A stretch of DNA of 64,000 nucleotides from contig JAGQRB010000304.1 of NCBI GenBank assembly GCA_020425925.1, forward strand, positions 5,243 to 69,242, written 5' to 3'. This document shows, one piece after another, positions 35,259 through 43,111 of this stretch (positions are counted from its first letter, which is position 1; the number at the start of each line of letters is the position of its first letter). Both the position numbers and the translations under genes were made by a program. The stretch comes from Planctomycetota bacterium. GTDB lineage: Bacteria > Planctomycetota > UBA1135 > UBA2386. The notes under the pieces are model-generated. The model saw nothing but the letters and a program-made list of their open reading frames with translations. It had not been told where the DNA came from and searched no databases.

Positions 35259-36272
35259 ATGAACACCCGACTCTCGACCCTCGCCGGGGTCGCGGCGCTG
35301 TGCTGCGGCCTCGCGGCCCAGGTCTGCCACTTCCATCCGAGCGACACTCCGGCCGTCGGCACGCCGGATCCCCGGCCGTTCGGCAGCGGCGTCCCGACCG
35401 ACCCGGTCTACGGCTCGATGCGCTACCAGATGCAGATCCCGACGGCGGTGCTGGGGAACCAACCCCTCGACATCGTCGAGATCTTCGCCGCGCCCGCCGG
35501 CACGCAGACGCGGAGCTACACCGAGATCAAGCTGCGGCTCGGGCACAACCCGAACCCGCTGACCAGCGCGATGGGGCTCAACATGGTCGGCTTCACCGAC
35601 TCGCCGCTGGCCCACAACTACGTCTCGTTCGCGACGACGGCCGACCAGTGGCTGCCGCTCGGCATGGCCCATCCGTTCCACTACGACCCGGCGAACGGCA
35701 TGCTCGTCGTCGAGTTCTTCGTGCGCGATGCCGCCGCGACCGGCAGCGGCAGCACGGGCTTTCGTACCGACCCCGCGATCCCGTTCGTGTGGCGCACTGG
35801 CAGCAGCTACAACAACGGCATTCTCGAGGCCGGTGGCGGCATCAAACTGCGCTTCTGCACCGACGCCCACGGCACGACGGAGTATCTCGAGGGTGGTTGC
35901 CCGGGCAGCAACAGCCTGCATCCGCAGCTCTCCTACGGCGGTTCGCCGCAGCTCGGCAGCACGCTCGACATCCACGTCACGAACGGCCCCGGCGCGGCCG
36001 GATCGCTCGCCGTGCTGGTGTTCAGCTTCCGGCCGCGGATCGGGCCGTTTGCGCTCGATGGCTTCGGCGGTACCGGCTGCACGACCTACGTATTCAGTGA
36101 CGTCGTCAGCTGGCTGGTGACGAGCGGTGGCAGCCACACGGTCTCGTTGCCGCTCGCGACCGGGCTGCAGCCCGGCTTCCCGCTCTGGAACCAGTGGTTC
36201 TTCTTCGACCCCGGCGCGAACCCGCTCGGGCTCTCCGGGTCGAACTTCGGCCGGTTCATGATCGGGAACTGA
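35259..36272 (+). CDS. Secreted protein with a lectin/jelly-roll-like module homologous to one in the first S8 peptidase, plus the recurrent C-terminal tail
   Basis: Signal peptide MNTRLSTLAGVAALCCGLAAQ. The module at about 35376-35856 aligns with about 1241-1713 (MRYQMQIP.../QRYQTIMT...; GSTGFRTD/GSTAFRTG; IKLRF/MRVEF). The tail is at about 35883-36269. Confidence 0.85.
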   Translation: MNTRLSTLAGVAALCCGLAAQVCHFHPSDTPAVGTPDPRPFGSGVPTDPVYGSMRYQMQIPTAVLGNQPLDIVEIFAAPAGTQTRSYTEIKLRLGHNPNPLTSAMGLNMVGFTDSPLAHNYVSFATTADQWLPLGMAHPFHYDPANGMLVVEFFVRDAAATGSGSTGFRTDPAIPFVWRTGSSYNNGILEAGGGIKLRFCTDAHGTTEYLEGGCPGSNSLHPQLSYGGSPQLGSTLDIHVTNGPGAAGSLAVLVFSFRPRIGPFALDGFGGTGCTTYVFSDVVSWLVTSGGSHTVSLPLATGLQPGFPLWNQWFFFDPGANPLGLSGSNFGRFMIGN

Positions 36273-36287
36273 CCGGCTCGCGCGGAC

Positions 36288-38873
36288 TCACGGAGAGATC
36301 GCGCGCACCGCCCGCACGCCGATGCGCGGCGACTTGCGGAACGGCTGTAGCGAGTTGCGTGACGCGACGCGGCTCAGATGGCTGCCCTCCGCGAAGTCGC
36401 CGCCACGATGCATGCGCACGGTCGGCGGATCGTCCTCGGCGATCGGCTCGCGCAGCCCGTCGCCGGGTCGCGTCGGACGCACGTAGGAGACGAGCCAGTC
36501 GCGACACCACTCCGCGACGTTGCCGTGGACATCGTGCAGACCGAAGGCGTTGGGGTGGAAGGAGCCGACCGGCGCGGTGTGGGGATAGCCGTCGTCGAGA
36601 CCCGCTTCGATCCGTGCCCCGACGATGCCGCGGGCGCTCTCGTCGGCGAGGTTGGCGCAACGATCGAGTTCTTCAGGATCGTTGCCGCAGGCCCAGATCG
36701 TCGCCGTGCCGGCGCGGGCGAAGTACTCCCATTGCGCTTCCGTCGGCAGCACGAGGCCGTGGTGGGCGAGCGCGTCCGCGGCCTCGAACCAGGTGATCTG
36801 TTCGACGGGATGACGCAGGTCGACTCCGGGCACGCTGGTCGCGCGCGATACGAAGCTCGGGCGCTCGCCGGTGAAACGCAGCCACTGGCCCTGGGTGCAC
36901 TCGTGTTTCGCGACGAACAGCGCGTCGAGGTGCAGCTCGTGCACGAACTGCTCCATCGGGGCCGCCCCCGGATCGATCGGTGCCTCGCCCGAATGCTCGT
37001 CGCCGACCGGGATCGCGCCGATCACGAAGCGGCCGGCAGGAACCAGGACGAAGACCATGCCGGTGTCGATCCCGATCGCGACCGCGGTGAGCCGTCCTTC
37101 GGCATCGCGTTCGGTCACCGGTGCGGCGCCGCTCTCGACGTGCCAGAACTCGTAGAGGCCGGAGTTCGCATCGATGCCGAGTGGCACCAGGCCGACCTGC
37201 GGCCCGGGCAGCCGCAGGCCCGCGTAGGCCGGACAGATCGTGGGATCGGCGATCGCCGCGATCGCATGTCGCCAGCTGTCGCCGGCCTCGACGAGACTAA
37301 CGCGGCCGACCCGCTCGGCCTCGGCCCGGCGGTGGGCGATGCCGGCGAGGTTGTCGATCGCGGGGGCCGCGGCGGCGAGCTCGTCGAGCCCCGTGATCAG
37401 GCGCTCGAGCACCTGGCGCTGGTAGCCGAGCTCGTCGCGGCGCTCGGCGTCGACGACGGTGGCGAACTCGGCGGCGAGCTCGACGGCGCGCGCCTCGAGA
37501 TCGCTGCGGCGCCCGAGCAGCGTCCGCGCACGCTGCTGCCACTGGTCGAGTCGCTCGATGTTCGCGGGCCACGGCGGCCAGAGCTCCTCGCGGGCCTCGA
37601 TGCGGAGATCCTGCAGGCGCTTGTCGTCGACGAGGCGACGGTAGTCGTTCCAGTTGGTCTCGGCGCGATCCCAGAGCTGCGCGAACACGACCAGGCCGGC
37701 GACCAGCACGAGGGCGAGTCCGCCGCTCAACGCAGCCGCGAGGCGGTGGCGCCGGAGGAACCTGCCGCCGACGTAGGTCCAGGTCGGCGGCCGCGCAGTG
37801 ACCGGCTCGTGGCGTCGAGCGCGCCGGACGTCGTGCTGGAACTCGCGCACGGTGGCATAGCGCCGCTCGGGCTCGATCGCGAGTCCGCGCAGCGTCACCC
37901 AGTCGAGATCGGACGGCAGCTCCACGGCCGTGGTGCGGGTCGGGCGTTCGGGCACCGTGGCCCACTCGGCCGGGTCGCCGCCCGATACGGGGCCGCGGGG
38001 CAGCCTGCCCGTCAGCATCTCGTAGAGGATCACCGCCAGGGCGTAGACGTCGCTGCGGGCGTCGGCGCTGCCGGCGTCACTGCATTGCTCCGGGCTCATG
38101 TAGCCGAGCGTGCCCATCGCCGAGTTCGCCGCGGTGTGAAGCGGCGCGGGGCCGTCGCCGGGATCGAGGAAGCGCGCGATCCCGAAGTCGATGACACGCG
38201 GTTCGGGCCCGTCCGAGCCGTCGACCACGAGCACGTTCGACGGCTTGAGATCGCGGTGGATGATCCCTTTGCCGTGCGCGTGTTGGACGGCGTCGCAGAG
38301 ACCGTCGAACAGATCCAGGCGGGCCGCGATCGTCGGCTGCGGTTCGCGCGCGACCCAGCTCTGCAGCGGCGTTCCGTCGACGAGGTCCATCACGAGGTAG
38401 GGCCGGCCGTCGCGCAGGTGGCCTCCGTCGAGCACGCGAGCGATGCCGCGATGCTGCAGCCGCGCGAGCGCCTGCTGCTCCGCCTGGAACCGCAGCCGTC
38501 CCGTCGGCGTCGAGGCCGTGCCCTTGAGCACTTTGATCGCGACGTTCCGCCGCACCGGGTCGCGCTGCGTCGCGCGATACACCCGACCCATGCCGCCCTC
38601 GCCGATCTCGTCGATGATCTCGTAGGGCGGAACCGCGGGCACGACATCGACCACGCGGTCTGCGATCGGCGAATGGAACCGAGTCTGCGTCTGCTCGCGA
38701 TCGGCCGCCAGCAGCGCGAGGACTTCGGCGGCGAGCCCGTCGGCATCGGCCTCTCCTGCGCACGTTGCGAGCACGTACTCGCGCCGCCGCTCGCAGGGCA
38801 GCGCCAGTGCCCGGTGGAAGAGGTCGGAGATCAACTCCTCGCGGCGGTCGGCCTGTTCGCGATCGCGTGGCAC
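36288..38873 (-). CDS. Membrane Ser/Thr protein kinase with an extracytoplasmic coiled-coil and a C-terminal FGE-sulfatase (SUMF1-like) domain
   Basis: Hanks motifs are present: GEGGMGRVYRA, VAIKVLK, HRDLKPSNVLV, DFGIA, GTLGYMSPE. There is a TM helix (LAAALSGGLALVLVAGLVVFA). FGE motifs are HPVEQITWFEA, LPTEAQWEYFARAG, GLHDVHGNVAEWC, RGGDF and IGVRAV. GTG start. Confidence 0.9.
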   Translation of the reverse strand: MPRDREQADRREELISDLFHRALALPCERRREYVLATCAGEADADGLAAEVLALLAADREQTQTRFHSPIADRVVDVVPAVPPYEIIDEIGEGGMGRVYRATQRDPVRRNVAIKVLKGTASTPTGRLRFQAEQQALARLQHRGIARVLDGGHLRDGRPYLVMDLVDGTPLQSWVAREPQPTIAARLDLFDGLCDAVQHAHGKGIIHRDLKPSNVLVVDGSDGPEPRVIDFGIARFLDPGDGPAPLHTAANSAMGTLGYMSPEQCSDAGSADARSDVYALAVILYEMLTGRLPRGPVSGGDPAEWATVPERPTRTTAVELPSDLDWVTLRGLAIEPERRYATVREFQHDVRRARRHEPVTARPPTWTYVGGRFLRRHRLAAALSGGLALVLVAGLVVFAQLWDRAETNWNDYRRLVDDKRLQDLRIEAREELWPPWPANIERLDQWQQRARTLLGRRSDLEARAVELAAEFATVVDAERRDELGYQRQVLERLITGLDELAAAAPAIDNLAGIAHRRAEAERVGRVSLVEAGDSWRHAIAAIADPTICPAYAGLRLPGPQVGLVPLGIDANSGLYEFWHVESGAAPVTERDAEGRLTAVAIGIDTGMVFVLVPAGRFVIGAIPVGDEHSGEAPIDPGAAPMEQFVHELHLDALFVAKHECTQGQWLRFTGERPSFVSRATSVPGVDLRHPVEQITWFEAADALAHHGLVLPTEAQWEYFARAGTATIWACGNDPEELDRCANLADESARGIVGARIEAGLDDGYPHTAPVGSFHPNAFGLHDVHGNVAEWCRDWLVSYVRPTRPGDGLREPIAEDDPPTVRMHRGGDFAEGSHLSRVASRNSLQPFRKSPRIGVRAVRAISP

Positions 38874-38890
38874 AATGCGAGTCTACCGCG

Positions 38891-39433
38891 ATGCCGCGAC
38901 ACGATCTGACCCGGCTGCTCAACGATGCCGCGCGTGGCCATGCCGGCGCGGCGGATCGCCTCCTGCCGGTGATCTACGACGAACTGCGCGGGATGGCGCG
39001 GCGCCACGCCGCGGGCGAATCGCCGACCGTCGAGCCGACGGCGCTGGTCCACGAGGCCTGGCTGCGGCTTGCGGGGGACGGTAGCGGATGGAGCCATCGC
39101 GGCCACTTCTTCGGCGCGGCGGCCCGGGCGATGCGGCGGCTCCTGGTCGAGAGTGCGCGTCGGCGCCGCGCCGGCAAGCGCGGTGGCGACGCGATCCGAG
39201 CGCCGGCCGACGATCTGGCGATCGTCGACCCGGATCCGGCGCGGACGCTCGACCTCGACGAGGCGCTCGCGGGCCTCGAACGCGAGCACCCGCGTGAAGC
39301 CCGTGTCGTGGAGCTGCGGTACTTCGGTGGGCTCTCGGTCGAGGAAGTCGCCGAGGTGCTCGGCGTTTCGGTCGGCACGGTCGAGCGCGACTGGCGTCTC
39401 GCCCGTGCGCGCTTGTCGCGGCGACTCGGCTGA
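38891..39433 (+). CDS. ECF sigma factor of the subfamily typically paired with Ser/Thr kinases
   Basis: TRLLNDAARGHAGAADRLLPVIYDELRGMARRH...EPTALVHEAWLRL and a C-terminal HTH (GLSVEEVAEVLGVSVGTVERDWRLARARL). It is divergent from the kinase with a 17-bp spacer. Confidence 0.9.
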   Translation: MPRHDLTRLLNDAARGHAGAADRLLPVIYDELRGMARRHAAGESPTVEPTALVHEAWLRLAGDGSGWSHRGHFFGAAARAMRRLLVESARRRRAGKRGGDAIRAPADDLAIVDPDPARTLDLDEALAGLEREHPREARVVELRYFGGLSVEEVAEVLGVSVGTVERDWRLARARLSRRLG

Positions 39434-40501
39434 CTACTTGTCCGTGCCGGCCGCCGCGATCCGGGCGTAGCCGATACCGTCGGGCCCGGCGCCGGCCTTC
39501 AGCCGATCGACGACGCGGCCCGCCGCGAGGTCGATCACGGCGACGAACTCGCCGCGGCCGCACGCCACGTAGCAGCGCGCGCCGTCGGGGTCGAGGCAGA
39601 GCCCCATCGGCATCGCACCCTGTTCGCTGCCGTCGGCGGTGATCGAGATCGACTCCGCGAGCTCGCGTTTCGCTGCGTCGAAGACCGCGACCACGCCGCC
39701 CTCGGCGCACGAGACCACCGCCTTGCCGCCGTCGGGGGTGAACGCGATCCGGAACGGGAACTCCGCGGTGTCGAGCGTCGCGGTCACCTTTCCCGTCGCG
39801 GGGTCGACGATCGACACGGTGTTGGCCGCGCGGTTGCCGACCCAGACCTCGACGTCCGATCCGGGGCGCACCGCCAGGCCTTCGGCGCCGTCACCGGTCG
39901 GAACGATCCGCGGGCCCGCGTCGGTCTCGCCGTCGATTGCGAACAGCGCGAGCGACCCCTCGCGGATACTCGTCGCCGCCGCGAAGCGCCCGGCCGGGTC
40001 GAGCGCGACCATGTGCATCGTGGTCTGCGGCGTCGTCCAGTCCGCCGTGACCGTGCCGCTCGCGAGCTCGACGCGGGCCAGGCGGCGGGCGCGTTCGCTC
40101 GTCAGCAGGACGACGCCGGGTGCGACGAACTGGATGCCGTGTGGACGCAGGTAGTCGAACGGCTGCTCGCCGTCGTCGCCCTGCCGCCGGCCCGCGAGCG
40201 TAATCGTGTTCGTGACCTTCGCGGCCAGCACGTCGACCACCGTCAGCGTGCGCCCCGGCTTCTGGGCACCGTAGTCGCTGACCACTGCGGTGCGGCCGTC
40301 GGGCGAGATCGCGACCTCGTGCGGTCCCTCGCCGGTCGGCAGCACTGCGAGCTGCTCGCGGGTCCGGGGATCGAAGATCGAGACCGTGTGGTCGGCCTTG
40401 TTGCAGACCAGTAGACGGTCGACGGGATCCTGCGCGCGCGGCGTGGCGGCCGCGAGCAGCAGAGCGAGGGCGGGAGCGAACGCGGTTGGGGGGAGGTGCA
40501 T
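39434..40501 (-). CDS. Secreted YVTN-type beta-propeller repeat protein
   Basis: Signal peptide MHLPPTAFAPALALLLAAATPRAQ. Repeats include NKADHTVSIFDPRT...GEGPHEVAISPDGRTAVVS, NTVSIVDPATGKV and FTPDGGKAVVS. Confidence 0.85.
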   Translation of the reverse strand: MHLPPTAFAPALALLLAAATPRAQDPVDRLLVCNKADHTVSIFDPRTREQLAVLPTGEGPHEVAISPDGRTAVVSDYGAQKPGRTLTVVDVLAAKVTNTITLAGRRQGDDGEQPFDYLRPHGIQFVAPGVVLLTSERARRLARVELASGTVTADWTTPQTTMHMVALDPAGRFAAATSIREGSLALFAIDGETDAGPRIVPTGDGAEGLAVRPGSDVEVWVGNRAANTVSIVDPATGKVTATLDTAEFPFRIAFTPDGGKAVVSCAEGGVVAVFDAAKRELAESISITADGSEQGAMPMGLCLDPDGARCYVACGRGEFVAVIDLAAGRVVDRLKAGAGPDGIGYARIAAAGTDK

Positions 40502-40596
40502 CGGGGTGCCCGTGATACGGCTGCAACGGCGCCGCTGCGCGTTGCACCGCGAGAAAGGTGGCGGTCGGTGGGGCCCGGTGACGCTGCAGGGGTGCC

Positions 40597-43056
40597 ATGT
40601 TCACGTCGCATCCAGTCGTCTCTCGCCTCGGCCGCTGCCTGCTGGCGGGCGTGCTCTCGGCCCTCGCGGTCGCCCAGACACCGATCAGCGGCCCGCTCAG
40701 CGGCACGCTCGCCGCCGGGGTCTACATCGCGGGCAGCATCAGCGTGCCGCCGGGCCAGACGCTGACCTGCGCGCCCGGCGTGATCGTCAAGTTCGCCGGG
40801 GCGCAGCAGTTCGTCGTCAGCGGCACACTGATCTGCAACGGCACGGTCGGCAATCCGGTGATCTTCACCGACGACGCCGACGACAGTGCAGGTGGCGACA
40901 CCAACAACAACGGCCCGAGCGTCGGCGTACCGGGCGCCTGGTACGACATCGTGTTCGCGTCGACCGCTGCAGCCAGCGTGCTGAACCACACCGAGGTGCG
41001 GTTCGCCGGGACGGCCGGCTACTCGGCGATCGACCTGCAGGGCGCCGACATCGTGCTGCAGGACTGCACGGTGCGCGATTGCGCGGCGCGCGCGTTCGAC
41101 CTCAGCGGCAACTCGTATCCGACGATCACCGGCTGCAGCGTCGTGAACAACGCCGGCAACGCGATCGACTTCGTGCCGATCCACGCGGTTCCGGGGCTCA
41201 CCAACAACACCGCGAGCGGCAACGCGCTCGACGCGCTGCGGATCACGACCGGTGCAATCACCTCGAACCTGACGCTCGGTCTGTCGTCGATGCTCGACGG
41301 CGCGTTCCTGGTGACCACGAGCGTGAGCGTCGCGCAGGGCGTGACGCTGACGCTGCCGGCCGGTGCGATCGTGAAGTGGGTCGGCAACCAGCAGCTCGTC
41401 GTGGCCGGCACGCTCGACTGCCAGGGCACGGCGCAGGACCCGGTGATCTTCACCGACGACACCGACGACAGCGCCGGCGGCGACACCAACAGGGACGGCG
41501 CCAGCACCGGGACTCCGGGAGCCTGGTACGATGCCGTGTTCACGTCGACGGCAGCGGCCTCGACGCTGGCGTTCACGGAAGTGCGATTCGCCGGGACGGC
41601 CGGCTACTCGGCGATCGATCTGCAGGGCGCCGACGTCGCGCTGCAGAACTGCACGGTACGCGATTGCGCGGCGCGCGGGATCGACCTGAGCGCCAATTCG
41701 CACCCGACGATCACGGACTGCACCGTCGTGGACAATGCCGGCAATGCGATCGACCACGTCCGGCTCGACGCCCTGCCAGGGCTCTGCAACAACACCTGCT
41801 CGGGCAACCGCATCGACTGCGTGCGCATCACCAGCGCGACGGTCGACGTGCCGCTGACGATCGGCACCGAGTCGATGCCGGCGGGTGCGTTGGTACTCGC
41901 CACCGGCCTCAACGTGACGGTGACCGGCGACCTGACGGTGCAGCAGGGCGTCGTCTTCAAGATCGAGGGCGCACAGCAGCTCGTGTTCACCGGGCCGACG
42001 CGGCTCCTGGGCACCGCCTACGAGCCGATCGTCTTCACCGACGACGCCGACGATTCGATCGCCGGCGACACCGACAAGAACGGTCCGAGCACCGGGGTGC
42101 GAGGCGCGTGGTACGACCTCGTGTTCCCGCCCGCCGCGGCGGCGCGCACGGTCGAGAACGTGGTCGTTCGGTTCGCCGGCACGGCGGGCTACGACGCAGT
42201 CGACGTCCGCGACTCCAACGTCCGACTGCGCGCCGTCCGGGTCGACCACGCCGGTGCCCGCGGTTTCCGCCTGCAGAACGTCGGTCCCGCGCCGGTCAAC
42301 CTCGTGGCCTGGGACTGCGGATCCGACGGCATCTGGCTGCAGGGCGGCAGCTTCGACCTCTGGCACGCGACGGTGGCCGGCAACGGTGGCGACGGCATCG
42401 AGGCGTTGGCGGCGTGGAACGGCACGATCGTCAACACCAACAGCCACGGCAACGCCGGCGCGAACTACGCCGGCCTCACCGCGGCCCGGGTCGTGCGCAG
42501 CAACGGCGGTTTCGCCGGCACCAACGGCAACCTCGACCTCGATCCGCTGTTCGTCGACCTGCCGAACGGCGATCTGCATCTCGCGGCTGGCTCGCCGTGT
42601 CTCGGGGCCGCCGACCCGACGTTCGCGACGATGACCGCGAAGGACTTCGACGAGAACCCGCGACTGCTCGACCACGCGCTCAGCGGTCTGGCCGCGGCCG
42701 ACATCGGCGCGTTCGAGCGCGGCAACTGGCGGATGGAGGTGGTCAACACTCCGCGACCGGGCGAGACCGTGTTCCTGACGATGCAGGGTCCGGCCGGCAG
42801 CTCGTTCCTCGGCTTCGGCCTCAACGACGGCAGTGCGCTGGTGCCGCCCTACGGCGTGCTGCTCTGCGGCAGCCTCACGACCACGGCGCTGGTCTTCACG
42901 TTCCCGATCCCGATCGGTCAGACGATTCCGCTGACGGTGCCGAACGATCCCGGCCTCGCCGGCACGATCATCGGACTGCAGACGCTGAACTTCCCGCTCG
43001 GCAACCTCGCGGTCGGCAACTTCGGGCCGCTCTATCGTCCGCTCGTTCGTCCGTAG
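40597..43056 (+). CDS. Secreted right-handed beta-helix protein built from three ~230-aa tandem modules plus the recurrent C-terminal tail
   Basis: Signal peptide MFTSHPVVSRLGRCLLAGVLSALAVAQ. The block PVIFTDDaDDSaGGDTNxxGpSxGxPGAWYDxVF...VRFAGTAGYSAIDLQGAD...CTVRDCAARG occurs three times. The tail is at about 42736-43053. Confidence 0.85.
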   Translation: MFTSHPVVSRLGRCLLAGVLSALAVAQTPISGPLSGTLAAGVYIAGSISVPPGQTLTCAPGVIVKFAGAQQFVVSGTLICNGTVGNPVIFTDDADDSAGGDTNNNGPSVGVPGAWYDIVFASTAAASVLNHTEVRFAGTAGYSAIDLQGADIVLQDCTVRDCAARAFDLSGNSYPTITGCSVVNNAGNAIDFVPIHAVPGLTNNTASGNALDALRITTGAITSNLTLGLSSMLDGAFLVTTSVSVAQGVTLTLPAGAIVKWVGNQQLVVAGTLDCQGTAQDPVIFTDDTDDSAGGDTNRDGASTGTPGAWYDAVFTSTAAASTLAFTEVRFAGTAGYSAIDLQGADVALQNCTVRDCAARGIDLSANSHPTITDCTVVDNAGNAIDHVRLDALPGLCNNTCSGNRIDCVRITSATVDVPLTIGTESMPAGALVLATGLNVTVTGDLTVQQGVVFKIEGAQQLVFTGPTRLLGTAYEPIVFTDDADDSIAGDTDKNGPSTGVRGAWYDLVFPPAAAARTVENVVVRFAGTAGYDAVDVRDSNVRLRAVRVDHAGARGFRLQNVGPAPVNLVAWDCGSDGIWLQGGSFDLWHATVAGNGGDGIEALAAWNGTIVNTNSHGNAGANYAGLTAARVVRSNGGFAGTNGNLDLDPLFVDLPNGDLHLAAGSPCLGAADPTFATMTAKDFDENPRLLDHALSGLAAADIGAFERGNWRMEVVNTPRPGETVFLTMQGPAGSSFLGFGLNDGSALVPPYGVLLCGSLTTTALVFTFPIPIGQTIPLTVPNDPGLAGTIIGLQTLNFPLGNLAVGNFGPLYRPLVRP
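40702..42280 (+). repeat. Three tandem in-frame coding repeats of about 690 bp each (beta-helix modules)
   Basis: Seen in the translation. Copies 1 and 2 are near-identical over long stretches, and copy 3 is more diverged. Confidence 0.75.
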
Positions 43057-43111
43057 TGACGCACCGCGGTGTGCTCCGTATGGTCCTGGCCGACCCTCTC
43101 GGAGCTGCCGC

